DNA of 64,000 nucleotides from Vicugna vicugna (lineage: Eukaryota), in NCBI GenBank assembly GCA_013265495.1, contig MU057640.1, forward strand, positions 372,001 to 436,000, in the 5' to 3' direction. This document shows positions 46,850 to 60,530 of the stretch, in pieces. The stretch's first letter is position 1. The number at the start of each line of letters is the position of its first letter. The notes beneath the pieces were generated by a model. The model saw only the letters and a list, made by a program, of their open reading frames with translations. It did no database searches and had not been told where the DNA came from. Position numbers and translations under genes: made by a program.

Positions 46850-47060
46850 TTTAAAGTAATAGTCACACTTGTTCCAGCTACCATGTCCTGAACACCTACG
46901 TGTGCTCGACAGCCCTGTGCTGTGTGCTTACACATGTTAGCTTATTCCACCCTCTTAGGAAGCCAGTAGTATTAACTGTTTTACAGATGAGGAAACTCCA
47001 AAGAGTTTCAGCAACTTGCCTAAGATTCTGAGACATGGACCTGGGTCTGTCCATCCAAAT
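46850..47060 (-). mobile_element. MIR SINE
   Basis: TTTTACAGATGAGGAAACT...AACTTGCCTAAGAT. Confidence 0.75.
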
Positions 47061-48265
47061 GAACTTGGGTTCAAAAAGGAAGTGTGAGTATCAGTCAGAC
47101 TGAGTAGTTGGGAGAGAGAAGCCTGGATAGGTAACAAAGGACCTATTCTAGACACCTGTGTGAAAAGTTTGGCGCCGATCCTCTAGGGGTTGCGGTTGGG
47201 ATGCGGTGGGGTGGACACTGAGGGTGGTTAATTTGCAGGATGGCTGAAGTGGGGAGGCTGTGGCGGGAAGTGACTGGGGTCTGTGAGGTGGCGGCAGTGG
47301 GAATGTGTCTGGTCAAACCAAGTAATGAAAGCCCTCACAGCCCATCAAACTTAATTAAAATCAAATCAACACTCTGGCAAACCCATCTCATACCAAGTAG
47401 AGGTAGAGAGTCCAGATCCTACTGGGGCATTTGTTCTGGTCTCAGTATAGCTGCAGGGACTTCATGACAGTGTATTTGTAAAATATGAATGTGCTCTGCA
47501 CTGAGGGGCTCCCTCCGCATTCACGGTGCTGGTCCTCAGCTTGGTCCTCGGTGCCCCGTCATGATCTCTTTCCTCACCCCTTTTCATTTCTTCCTTACCG
47601 CAGTTGTTTCAGTATTTTGCCATTTACCTGAAAACCCTCTCCATCCTTTCACTCTTGGCAGATGATTTCACCCTAGACTTGTTCAAGAAAATTGAAGCAG
47701 TGAAGCAAGGAACTTCCTTTGCATTCCTGCCCTCTGCCTCATCGTGGCAAAAGCCACCTCTTCAGAGGGCCCTCCCCTACCCACTCCATCTAATACTGTC
47801 CCTGCCTAACTCTCCCATTACCCTTGTGTATTTTTTCTCACAGTGCATACCACCATCAGAAATTATCTCTATGCATTTGTTTGTTTACCTGCCTAATGTC
47901 TACCTTTCCCCTTGGAATGTAAGTCTCATGAGAGCAGAGACTGGCCTGTCTTGTGCACTGCAGCATCCACTGTCCCTAGCACATCGTAAGCACTGGGCCA
48001 AAAGAAGGTAACTCCAACATAGAAGTGAATGAGTAGATTCCCATGACTTTAGCCAATGCTCCTGATTTGATCTTCCTCTCTCCTCCTGACTGTATTGCTG
48101 CCTATGCTACTCCATCTGGTTGTCTTTCCTCAAACTTATATTCTAGATAAAATTGTCTTCTCCCCCTAAAGCTGCTTATTCCTCTTGGAAATCAGAGTCA
48201 TCTTAGGCTCTCTTCTCACTCCTACATACACATAGTCCCCAAGTTCTGTTGGACTTAACCATCTG

Positions 48266-48320
48266 CCCATCTACCCATCCATCCATCCATCCATCCATCC
48301 ATCCATCCACCCACCCATCC
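48266..48320. repeat. (CCAT)n tetranucleotide microsatellite
   Basis: Directly visible in the sequence. Confidence 0.9.
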
Positions 48321-48469
48321 AATAGCTATTTACTGAGTGCCAACCCTGTGCAGCACTGTGGGAGGTGTTGGGTGGAGAACTGAGAGCTTTGCTCTCATAT
48401 CCATTTTCAATCTTGGAGGTGGGGACAGATATAAACAACCCTGATCATTCAAGTGTTACAGGTGCTTTT

Positions 48470-48830
48470 TATTCATTCATCAAATATTCACTGAGCTCCT
48501 GTTGTGTGCCATGCACCACAGGTGCTGGGGATACAGCAACCAATAAAATGAAGTCCCTGCCTTCACAGAACCCACATTCCGGTGGAGACCAGCAGTGGAC
48601 AGATACACAGGTATAAATGCTATGGGGAAAATAAAGCGAGGTAAGGGGCACACGTGTGTGTTTGCCTCCTGGAGAAGGCATTCCGGGATGGCTTCACAGA
48701 GAAGGTGATGTTTGAGCAGAGACCTGCAGGAGGGGAGGGAGTGGCACTTGCAGATAGCTGGGGAAAAAGCATTCCAAGCAGAGGGAACAGCCAAGGCCCT
48801 GGGTTGGGTGTGCACTTTGGGGAGGGTGTA
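48470..48830 (-). mobile_element. L2 LINE 3' fragment
   Basis: ATTCATTCATCAAATATTCACTGAGC...GCATTCCAAGCAGAGGGAACAGC. Confidence 0.8.
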
Positions 48831-49904
48831 CGGGCATAGTGGGGTACAAAGGAGGGAGGAATCCTTTCTACCTGGAGGGACCAGGGGGCGCTCCTTAGAG
48901 GAGGATGTGAAACTCCCTAGCATGACGATTCAGCCTTGCGTTCCACCGCCTGTTTACGGAATCTGAGCCTGAATCACCCCAGACGCTGGACTTTCTACTT
49001 CCGGGCGTTTGCTTCTCTGACATTCCCTGCCAGATCCTTCTCCTCTGAGTCCCATGCCGCTCCCCGATGAACTCCTCTGGTTTCCACTCATACTTCAGTT
49101 CCTGAGCATCTCCAGGCAGAACCTGTTGCCCCTCTGCGGGTCCCCTAGCACTTTGTTCACACCAGCGGAGCACTTAGTGCCGTGACGTCTGGTGAGCTGT
49201 GTCTGTGCCAGTCACCTCCTCCTGCCAGAGCTCCTCGCAAGAAGGAACCGTATCTTAGACCTTCCTGGGTCTCCAGCACCTTGCACTGTGTTGGGTACAC
49301 AGTGGGTGGTTAATGTACGCTCAGTGCACATTCCATTGGAAAACATCTTGTTTTATTACCAGCCCACTCTATGTAGACATGCAGGCAGACATACATGTCC
49401 TTTTTCTACACATCAGTTGCTTAAAAAAAAAAAAGAGTCTTACAGTTTCTAATGAAAGCAAGAGGGTCATGAAATTAATTTGTCACCCTGATGCCAGCTT
49501 CACTCAGCTCACTCATGACCTGGGAAGGGGCTTTTAAACATGTGTTTCTAATCCATGTGCTAATTTCTCTTCCCTTTCTCAGTCTTCTCTTCCCTGCAGA
49601 CTTGTGGGTAGTAACTGCCTTCAGGTCTGGTGGCACCTGAACCTCCACCGGCATCCTTTGAGCAGATGTTTTCCAGCTTTGGGCCTGAGAGGAGGGGAGG
49701 TGGTCTCTGATTTAGGAAGGGTGAGAGGGAGTAAAAATGAAATGAGATTTCCTCCCCTCTTGAAATTCATTAGCACTTGTTTGTTTGCTTGAGAAGGACT
49801 GAAATGTGTACATTTTGCTAGGAACTGCAAAACATATTTAAGAGGATTCTGTGATTTTTCCCTCCATGATGAGGAATTAAGAATATTTCCAGGTGTCCTG
49901 GGAT

Positions 49905-50700
49905 TCATTTATCAGTTCAGCAAATATTTACTGAGCACCTAGCACTATTCTGGGTGCTGGGCATCAGCAGTGAACAAAATGGGCAAAATCCTTGCCTTCT
50001 TGGAGCTTGCATTCTAGTGGGGGTAGACAGATGATAATCGAAGTGGGTTAATAATTGTAGTGATAAGACTATGAGGGAGTTGGGATAGGGAGTATTAGGG
50101 AAAGACAGTTGAAAATAAGATGGCCAGGGAAGATCTCACTGAAAAAGTGACATCTGAGGGTCGTCTGGGGGAAGAAGATTCAAGGCAGAGAGAGCAGCAA
50201 GTGCAAAAGTCCTGAGGTGGAAGTGTGCCTAAGGTTTTGAAAAATAGCAAGGAGGCCAGTGTGGCTGGAGCAGAGTTAGAGAGAAGGAGAGTAGCAGGAA
50301 AACTTTGACTTATCTTTGGAGTTGGGAACCCATTGGAGGGTTTTTACAGCATCACCCTGGCTGCTGAATTCATAGTAAACGGAGGGAGCAGGGGCCAAGC
50401 AGGGAGACCAGTAAGGAGGCAGTGGCTGGAACCAGGGTGGTAACTGTAAAGGCTAGATTTGAAATACATATTACAGATATGTTTGACAGCTTCTGCAAAG
50501 GAACTGGAAGTGGGGAAGTGGGGCGTGACAACAGGAGAAGCATCACAGATGACTCCCAGGTTTTTGACCTGAGCAAGTAGAAGAATGAGATCCCTGAGAT
50601 CGTGAGAATCGGAAGCAGCAGACATGTGTGGGTCCAGTTTTGCCCTTGTTATGCTTGAGATACTGATTCAACATCTGGGTGGAGATGTCCAGTTGGCAGG
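49905..50700 (-). mobile_element. L2 LINE fragment
   Basis: TTCAGCAAATATTTACTGAGCACCT...AGCAAGGAGGCCAGTGTGGCTGGAGCAGAG...GATGACTCCCAGGTTTTTGACCTGAGCAA. Confidence 0.85.
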
Positions 50701-52214
50701 GGTGTTGTTGCACCTGCCCTGGTTGGACCACTACCCAGGGAGGAGATTAGGATGTGGTCCAGTGAATCTTATGGGGACCCGGATGCAGATTGGTTGCTCC
50801 AGAGGCACAGGGAACTGTCTCTGACTGTGTACCATAGCACTTTAATTAAAAAAATTATTTTTAAAGCATATTTGGATTCAATTCAAGAAATATTTACCAG
50901 CAACAACTATATGCCAGGCATTGTGCTAGGTGCTGAGGATAAAACACAAAAGTAGGACTGAGGATTTTTGTCTCTTGAGAGTTTATAGTCAGAGGGGGAA
51001 AGAGTGCAAAGCATGCATTCTATTAGGACAATGGTAAATCCACAATTAATATGATAGACCCTACATCTTGATAAATACATTAAAACCTTTACTCATCACA
51101 CTCTGTTGCCATTGTGATACAGGAAGAAAATTTGAACTTGTGGTTTTTCCATATTGAAATTTTTTTTTTTTTTGGCCAAGAACGTTGATTTGGAAGTCCT
51201 TTTGCACTGAGTGCAGGCATAAGTGATACACTGAACAATGCTAAACGTTTTCCCATGACCAGACATTCACATAGGAGGTCCTTGGTTGTATTATTGAGGT
51301 CATATAAGTCATTCCTGGCAGGGAAGTTTTGTTTTTAAAAACTGCTACATTATGCATGCTGGTAAAACTTTACCTAGTTCAGCCTGAAATGTTGATGTGA
51401 AACCTTTGTCAAAGTGGAGGCAGAGGTTATTAAAAACTCTGATACGAATGTGGCTTGTGGTGGACCTGGCATGGGGAGGCCCTGCTGCCCTTTCCTCTAC
51501 CATCATTTACTTATTTGGTGGTTGCCTTGTTTTGGTCTCTTTGTCCCATGAAATGGGGAACTGGGTTGGCGTGTGTTGTTGGGTGGTAGTCTGTCTCTTG
51601 GTAGCAGATCATGTCTTTATTTTGGACAAGATCTCACATGATTCAGGGGTGACTTGGAGAATATAGCCCTGACCCTAAATCTTGGAGGGTTGGGGTGGTG
51701 ACATTTATAGTAGCTCCTTCTCCGACATGAAAACTCTGCAAAGGTGGCACTTTCATCTTGTTCACCATCGATCCCTAGCCCCTGACTCAATGCCTGGCAC
51801 AAAGTAGGTGGTTGACAAGTATTTGTTAAGTAGACGAGTGAAACATGCCCCCATCCCCTCCACCAGCCAAGCTGCTCTCCTTTTAAATAGACAGAGCCTG
51901 ATAGTAGCTGACTTTGGACAGTGGTGTCTTGGGAGTACTGCTCAGGCCCATGCCATCTGTCCCCTGGGCAAGGGTAAGTTCAGACAGAGTGGCCTGGGCA
52001 CCAAAATCTAGCAACAGACCTGATGGATGCTTCTAGAAGGTTTGGGGGAATGGTGTGGGAGTGAAAGGAAGCCCCAGAAAAGAATGAAGTTAAACGTAAT
52101 AGTGAAAGGGAAGAGTTAGTTTAGGATGATGAAAAGCTGAGGTAGGAAGACTACTGGCTGGGGTTTAGCTTTTGGGAGATACTGCTTCCCTGTTAGCCTT
52201 GAAAAGGTTCCTCT

Positions 52215-52530
52215 TTTGCTGTATATTATGAAAAATTTCAAACATACATGGCATAATGAATTCTCATAGACCCATCACTCAGCTTTAATAATTAGCAACT
52301 CATAGCTAGTCTCACTGACAGCCTACCCTGACCCTCCCACACGAGGGATTATTTTGAAATAAATCCCAGACGTCATTTTATCTCTATTTGAGTGTGTCTC
52401 TGCAAAACACAAGGATTCTTTTAAAAAACATAGTCACAATCTCATTGGAGTTAACAATAATTTCTCAATATTATAAAATATCCAGTTAGTGTTGAAATAT
52501 ATATATCTGCATCTATAGGTATGTGTATGC
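52215..52530 (-). mobile_element. Old L1M 3' end fragment
   Basis: TATTATGAAAAATTTCAAACATAC...GGATTATTTTGAAATAAATCCCAGACGTCAT motifs. Confidence 0.6.
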
Positions 52531-52549
52531 ATATAAACATACATATCAT

Positions 52550-52676
52550 CATCATTATTGTTGTTGTTGTTGTTGTTATTATTATTATTATTATTTAATG
52601 GAGGTACTGGGGATTGAACCCAGGACCTCACGCATGCTAAGCACATGCTCTACCACTGAGCTGTTAACCTGCCCTC
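52550..52676 (-). mobile_element. Vic-1-type SINE (short form) with its tail converted to a (TTG)n(TTA)n microsatellite
   Basis: GGAGGTACTGGGGATTGAACCCAGGACCTCACGCATGCTAAGCACATGCTCTACCACTGAGC; imperfect TSD CATA(C/T)ATAT. Confidence 0.85.
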
Positions 52677-55600
52677 CATATATATTATTGTTTTAGTGGT
52701 ATTTTGAAATGAATTTATTTTTATAAAAATGTTATATATTTGTTACTAAAAATTCAAGCAACACAAAAATGTAAAAAGATGAGGGCAGAAACATCACCCC
52801 AGGTCTATTAGATGAACGTCATTTCAGATACCTCTCCATGTGTATATTTACAAAGAAGAATAGAAGTTGAGTATAAATGCTTCTTAAAGTCAGAAATACT
52901 TTTTTATATTAAAAAGAAATCACTGAGTAGTATAAGAGCTGAAAGGGCACCCAAGGCTCTTGAGCTTTTGTAGAAGGCAGGGCTCTGCCTCCGTTATGTT
53001 TATACACCACTCCCCCATCACTCAGGTGGCACTCAGGTGGTCAATAACTACAGTTTAAATTGAAGGGACCCTTAAGAAATTTCTCAGTCATCTTATGGGA
53101 TAGGATGGCCCATGAGTTGAAATCACTTGCCTAGATCCCACAGCTGGGCAGGGCACACGTGAGGCTGGAGCCCGTGCTCCCAGGTCCTGTTTCTGTGGTC
53201 TCTCTAGCCCATGGGATTGGGCTGTGCATCAAAGTGGTTCAGTGCACAAGCTTGGAGTTAGAAACACCCGGGTTTGATTCTACTCTGACTCTCCTCCTGT
53301 GACTTAGTGACTATGAGACCTCTTCACCCACACACTTTACCTACCAAAGGGCTGTTGTGAAGAGTAAAGGAGATACTGCCTAAAAAGCCTACAGCATGCT
53401 TCCTAGCACGTACCAGGCACCAAATAAACACTGACTGGAATTGTTATTATTATTTGTAGTAAGAGCAGCAGCAGTAGTGATAGTATCATTATTTTCTAGA
53501 ATAGTCAACTGGAACTCAAAGAAAGCTCAACCCTCTCCCCGCCCGCACTCCCCTCAGCTTCCTAGTTGCAGATGGAACACAGTCTGTAACTCTGACTTTT
53601 GCTTTCTTCCTGCCACTGGGGAGAAAAGATTCATTCATGTGGGAATCCTTTTCCTGTATTGCATCAGCTTCTCGTTGGCCGTTTGGTGGTCAAGGTTCGT
53701 GTGTCTTCTCTCTGTATGTAGTTTAGTGGTGCTGCCTTAACAAGAGCTTTGCAAATAATTATTCTAAGCTCTTCAAATAGAAACGCCGGGCAAAGGGCTG
53801 GGTGCAAGACATCTGGCCTTCCTGGTTGCCCCTTCAGTCTGCTGACTCAGCAGCTTTTCCAAGGCCCTCCTCCAGGCCCTGGGTCTGTCAGGTCACTAAT
53901 GGAATCTGCTGGAAGCAAATTAACTCATGATAAAAGGGCTAACAAATCACTCCAGCTGTTGGTGTCTGCCCCAGGATGGCTGGCACTGCCCCACTCACTC
54001 CTAAGACCTCACCTCACATTTCATACCTCTCCCAGGGAGCCCCACTTTCTCTTGCATGGTTACTAGGAGCACAAGGGCTGAGCTGCAGCCTCAGCCCCGC
54101 ACAGCAGACCTCGGGCCTGTGCACGCGAGAAGGCCATCTGTGCGACCTGACGCGCCTTGCTGTGTGGCAGGCCTGAGAGCTGGCCCCGTACATTATTCAC
54201 ACTTCTGGGTTTAGACTGGCTTAACCAATCCTCCAAGTCAAGGCTGGGACGAGAGGGGGTGGGTGGCAGGGCAGGTCTTAATCATGGTCTCTCCTTCTTC
54301 CCTGATCACATACATGCTCTTTTCAAAATATTGTCTCCTGTGGGGTGGGACCCATGTTCCACCTGGGTCTGTTCCGTTCCCTTGGAATTCCTGGAATGCA
54401 GCTTCCCTCCCTAGACCTGTGCCGGGCTTAAGGGGGGCTTTTGCAAAGCAGGCTGGGAAATGCCTGCCTCCTTCCAGAAGTGGCAGGTTGCCACTGTGAC
54501 ATTCTTCTTCCCCTCTCTCCTCAGCCCTCTCACCTCCCCTGAAGTCACCTCATTCCTGAGTAAATTGAGGTGTTCTGGTGGGGGTCCTGCTGGCTGCAAT
54601 AGGGTGATGAGAGAAGAAGGAAAGATGATCTCCTTCTGCCTCTGAGAGAGGGGTCCGGGGGAGGATTTTGTGGGGTCAGAGAACCCCCAGCAGCATCCTG
54701 TGATGCTTGTGGAAGAGAACTTGAGAAATGGAATGGAGATGGGGTGGTGATGGATACTGTGCCTGGGGCAGAAGGAACCATAGACATCCTCCTTCTTGTT
54801 CTGTCAATGGAGAAAGTCCACGTCCTTGCCTGAAGCCATCTCATGAAATGAGCTGTACGCTAGGGCCCAAAGAATAGGCCGGGCCGCAGAAGATGCTCAT
54901 TAAACACTTGTTTCTGTCTTTGCTTCCAATTCACCCATCTCTTTGATAGCAGTGGTTGATCTTAGATTCAAGAACATAAGTCTTCTGACATTTCCTAAGA
55001 ACTGAAATTACACCTGAGTGCAGGAATCATTATCTGGGCTACTGCTGATCACTCATGCCTTGAGCCATTAAAGCCCCCTAAGGTACGAGGGCCCAGCTAA
55101 CAGAGCCCAAGTGTTCACTCCTGATACTGTCTTCTTTCCTGGCCTCATGATCCAGGGATGCCCATGTTTTTACTTTGCACCAAATCGACACATGGATTAA
55201 AGAGTCAGTAGAGTCCTTTGCTTTCCTTAATACCCCTTTGGCCAGTGGGACTCTGAGACTGTCTTAGTTAAAAGGCTCTCTGTGCAGAAGCATGGTGAGG
55301 TCAGAGAGAGAGCTCCGGGCTGGGACACAGGAGGCCTGAGTTCTGTGTCTTCAGGTGGCTGAGTCTTCGAGACACAACCCAAGAGGTCTTCATTGACCGA
55401 TATCACTGGAGTGCATTTCAGTGTTCTGAACTGACTGAAGCTTCGTCTACAAACCACGCTGCCCTGGTCAGTTCACCACTCTGTGCCTCAGTTGCTTTTT
55501 CTGTATGACAGGGCTAATAATAACGGTCTACTATCTCTCCAGGGATAATGATGAGATGGCATATGTGAAATCTCTTTGAAAACAAAGGGTGAGTTCAATT

Positions 55601-56525
55601 CCTAGTTCCCTTATTTGTATTGTACTATATTATATTTTTTTTCCTGTCATGACAAATATACCATTTGAGAGATCATTTCATTCATCTCATAGATAAAAAG
55701 ATAGCAAGGTAAGCGTACATCATCCTTGTTTAATAAATCAGAGCGATCGTCACTGGTGAGTCAGTACTGGAGCGGGCAGGAGCTGGGCCCTGGGCCTCCC
55801 AGTTTGGTCTCCCCGCCCCTCCTGCCTGTTACTTTTTCGTATTCCATATCAAAGTCTCACTCGTTCTTTCAAGTCCTATGTAGTCTGGGCTCTGATCATC
55901 CGGGGACTGCACAATTCTTATTAATATTAAAGGTGAGGATTTTCTTAGCCTACTTCCCTTCATTTCTAAATCAGTCTTAGGAAGGAGAGGGCAAAAGTAG
56001 AATTGGAAGGACATCTGTGCCCCCCAAGGAATACCTTCTGGTTTGTTGCAAATTCGGGCTCCCTCTGGTGACTTTAAGGATTGTGATGAGTGAACTGTGA
56101 ACAGTAACTGGTTAGCTGCAGAACTTCTTTGACTATTAGAGTTTTGATTTCAGGGTCAGGCTAAAATCGACAGTCTGATCCTGCTGGCCAGCTCTGCCAA
56201 ATAAGAGGCTTTCAAGAGACCCAGAGTGTACATTTTCCTTCATGTAAGATTCCCAGTCACTGATTTGCTGATAACAACTACATCTAGCTGTATGTGTGGG
56301 CAAAACAGATGTGAAAGTTTTCTAAATGAATTGGATTTTCCTATTGGCCTCATCACTTCAATCCTAGTGTTTTTTTTTTAATTTCATTTCTAATTACTTT
56401 GCAATTCGTAAGTAAGTGCCCCTTTGAGATTAGATCTCCATTTCTCAAGCTTCCAATGGAAGTGTTCTCTAAATAAACACTTAAATGATGGAAGAGGTTG
56501 GTGTCACTTGAAAAGTCCATTCTTT

Positions 56526-56707
56526 TTAAATGTTTTAGAAATTTTTAATTGAAGTGTAGTTGATTTATAATGTTAGTTTCTGGTGTACAGCATAGTGATT
56601 CAGTTATATACACATATATGTATATATTCCTTTTCATATTCTTTTTCAACATAGATTATTACAAGATATTGAATGTAGTTTCCTGTGCTCTACAGCAGGA
56701 CCTTGTT
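56526..56707 (-). mobile_element. Short 5'-truncated L1 3' end with a perfect 15-bp TSD
   Basis: Same family as 4975-5159; TSD AAAAGTCCATTCTTT at 56511-56525 and 56708-56722. Confidence 0.88.
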
Positions 56708-58199
56708 AAAAGTCCATTCTTTAAGAGAAGAAAAAGATGATTTTAATAACTGGAGGGATTCGAGCCCATCAGTTGGTGGTGTAAGTTTTTTTGTGTGTTC
56801 TGACCATTCACAGGGACCGAGCAGTGGGAGTAGGGTGCATGCCCCACTTGTGCAGAATGATGGCTTTTCAGCTCTGCTGCTCAGATGATCCCTAGGGAAG
56901 TCAAGTCTAGCAGCCTCAGTTGTTTTCCAGGTCTTGGAGCTACATTTCTGCCTCGGGGTCCGCCTGATGCAGCTTCACCTTCCTCCTCTGTGAAGTGGGT
57001 TTCAAGATCTTGTCCTTTCTTAGCTTGGAGCATTCTGGATGAAGCGATCTGAATGTTGACAATATTGTCAAGAAAGTTTATAGTATTTTTTTGTGTAAAA
57101 GAGAGCAAGATATTTCCAAAACCTACTGGCTTAATTTTCATTAGGTGGTGGGACAAAATGCAACATGTAGGGGAAAAAATGATCTTAGAGTAATTTTTTA
57201 TTTTATAATTTTAAATATTTAAGAAGTGACACCCTGATTGTAAGAAAAAAAAAAAAGCACAGTACAGAAGGGCATAAAATGAGGGGGAAAAAAAAGAATA
57301 GGGAAAAAAAAATGCCCATTCTGCTTTCCACAATTAAGAACATTTTTGTTTTTTATGAACAGGTTTTTTATTTGTATATTTTTTATGCCTCTGAAAGCAT
57401 GCACATGTGTATACCAGGCTATGTCAGAATAGCTGTTGGTAGTTGAATTAAAAAAAAAATCAGTCGTAGGGTGATTTCCCTTCTTCCTTTCTTTTTTTTT
57501 CCCTAAACACCTCTATTGTGTGATTCCTGTACAGTAAACTACACGCATCTCAGATGTACAATTTGATGAATTTTGATAGATGTACCTTATTTCTTTGACT
57601 GCATGGTAAGTTGAGAGAAAACTCATTCAGGCCCTTTAGGAAAATCTTTTCTAGAAAAACTGAAATATCCCCAATAAGCCTATAACTTGCACATGGCATG
57701 GGCTCTGTTCAGTGATGCAAACAGTCCATAGTGTGTGGCAAAGAACTTAAGTTTTTGACAAAACACAGACTAAAAACATTCAGTGTGGAAATCAGTGTGT
57801 AAGGTTACTGACTGTGTGGAGAAGAGATTGTGGGGTGTTTTTATGATATTTTTATCAGCAGCACACAATTTTTCCAGGTATCTCAGATCAAAATATTAAA
57901 GCTGGACTAAACGTGTAACGCGAGAATGTGTGACGTTTATGGCCAAGCACAGTGAAAGGCTGTGATGCTTTGAGTGTGAGCGGTGGGAAGCTCTGGGTTG
58001 GCTCTCTAAAGATGGAAAGACCAGCCAGGCAGAGGATGGCCTCTGTGTACACACACCAATCCTCCCCCTCTCCCTTTCAAGAAACGGGTAGGGGTACCAA
58101 AACAATTGGATCCTGATTTCAGTTTTTCCTCCCACATGCAGTGGCAATTAGACTCTCAATAAGGGGTTTTGAGCCCGAGTCCAGTCGTCTGAACTCTTT

Positions 58200-58810
58200 C
58201 TCTGGTTCCTGGCTTGGCGCACACACAGCTGCGCTCCGGGTTCCCACCCTGTTTCACTTTGCAGCCTCCTCTGGGATGGGGCAGTAGGAGCCTTGAGGGG
58301 CAGCCTCAAAAGCAGTGGCTTCTCCGCCGCCTCCTCCTTCACCCCAATTCCTTAGGTTCATTCTTCTCCCGCAACTTGACTCTCTCCGGAGAACGAGATC
58401 TCGGGCCTGGAGCCCAGTGCTCTGTTTTCTCCTCCGCCCTCCCTTCCACTACCTGCGGCACCCCTTAGCTTCCACATCCTCAAAAGGGATAATGTTCTCC
58501 TTGAAAGCGTCTTTTGAGGATTAATTGATGTTTGCTCTATGCTTTGAAGAGAGAATCCTATCAAGTCGCTCTGCTGTCCTCAAAGCTGGCCCTGGTTCCA
58601 GCTGGTGCCCGGCCCGGCCAATCAGGATGCAGGCTGAGCGCGCCTCTCATTGGCTGCCTTTCTGGGCATATCTTTTGCCTGCTCAGAACCCACAGTAGAA
58701 GGGCGATTACCCAAATAGGAGGCACAGATCCTCAAGTGGACATTTTGTGCATTGTGCGGTTTTCACTTGGAGAAGGAGTATTTGCATCAAAATGATCATC
58801 CCTGGGGAAG
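58200..58810. promoter_or_regulatory. Candidate intronic promoter or enhancer
   Basis: Local CpG enrichment; CCAAT at 58618-58622 and ATTGG at 58649-58653; E-box CAGCTG; EBF-type TCCCTGGGGA at 58799-58808. Confidence 0.45.
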
Positions 58811-60284
58811 TCAGTTTGTGGCCATCTGTGACATTTTCTCTGTTGGAAATTGTTCTTTTCTCTCTCTCTCTTTTTAAAAAAGCTTTATAAGTGTAGGAGC
58901 AAGATGAGTTATAATCTGCCACCTCTCAAAGAAGTCCCTTTGCCAGGCCGTTTATATGTTAATTGCGTATGGTTTGGGGAGGAAAAGGATGTTACCTGGT
59001 TCACGGTAAGCGTTGTCATCTCAATGAATTCTTTGTTAGAGTTGTTTAATCAAAGACATAGAAGCTGCAACCTACTTATTGGAAAGACGCACATAATGCA
59101 GTGTGAGTTAAGAACCTAAGTGTTCTAAGGAGAAGATGGATAAGAAGAAGGAAAAAGTTTGTTTTAAGGACAGCCCAAACAGGCAGTTAGGAAAAAAAAA
59201 AAAAAACCAACAAAAAACCAACAGTCCAAGACAGCTTAGTTGTCTTGTCGTCATGGAGGACAAAGCTAGAGAGCAAAGCCAGCCAAGCATGCTGGGGTCC
59301 TCTTCCAACTCCTCGGATGGGTGTTAGGATGGGACAAGAGACTGAGGGTCTGCTGCTGATGGTTCCAGTGGGAGCAGCCTTGCCTGGGCCGCCTGTGAGT
59401 CCTCCAGCATCTGATCCTTATAAATTCTCTCAAGCACTTGGCAGGGGTGGGAGGGTAGTTTTTGTTTCTCAGCACAGGTCTTACTAATAGAATTTTTACT
59501 TTTCTAAATTATATTCCTGGGATTCTGGAAAAATCAAAGATATGGTAACCCCAAACCTTCATTCCATCAAGGAGCCATCAGCAGCTGCTGCCCCTTTTGA
59601 TGCAGCAGTGGGACAGACACTAGTTCACCACTTGGGGCAAATGATGACTTCTCACTTGTATGGGAAGTTACTGAGAAGACAGTGTTTATCCAGAATCATA
59701 TGTATGAGTACACATGTGTCACATACACACACACACACACACATCATCCAGGATTCAGGCCCAGAGGGTATTACAGTATAGAAAGGTCATATCTCAGCAG
59801 GTTCAGCGTGTATAATCTGAATGACAGATTTGAGAAAATTTAATCTGGGGGTGAGATGAGGAGAATCAGATTATCATGGTACAAGATAAAAGAGGTGTTT
59901 GTGACCTGTGTGTCGAAAAATAAAGTACCTTTCTTTGGCATGCCCATGCGTTTGGAGCAGCAGTGTGGAGGAGGGTAGTGATCAGAGAGAGGCAGGGTCA
60001 CGGGACCTGTATTTAAACCTGTGTGATGGTCTGGACAGTGCCTGGGACACTCAGGCACTCAATAAACATTATCTAATGATAGCCAGCCATGGATTTGCTG
60101 AGGAACGCAACTTTGAGACCTGGAAGAATAATCTCTCCACCCTCTCTCAGTTTGCTTATCAGCAAAATGGGGCCATCGCAGCAGGCACTGCAAACACAAA
60201 AGCCCGCAGGGGCCAGAGAGGCTGTGTCAATGAATGAAGGGGTGTCTGGAAGGGAAAAGTATAACAGGGAATGGAGGGGACTGT

Positions 60285-60530
60285 GGTAAACTGGAAGTTC
60301 ATGTCCACCCAGTGGGATATCCAAATTCAACTCCAGCCATTTGCCACATGGGAAGGAAGGCCCATTGTTGCCAGGACTCTTGATTTTTTAAGAGAGGCTT
60401 GAAATCTGAGTGTGTAAAACTCTAATAACTTTTGATTTAGTTAATTGAGTCATCAAAAAGCATAGTACAACCAACAAAACGTTCTCGGAGGCCATATTTG
60501 AAGCATAGGCCCTAGGTTTGCAACACCTGG
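60285..60530. mobile_element. hAT-Charlie (MER103-like) fragment
   Basis: TGTTGCCAGGACTCTTGATTTTTTAAGAGAGGC...GGTTTGCAACACCTG. Confidence 0.45.

Noticed and set aside
52434..52646. ORF with a poly-Asn tract
   Set aside because: It is a translation of a SINE and its microsatellite tail.
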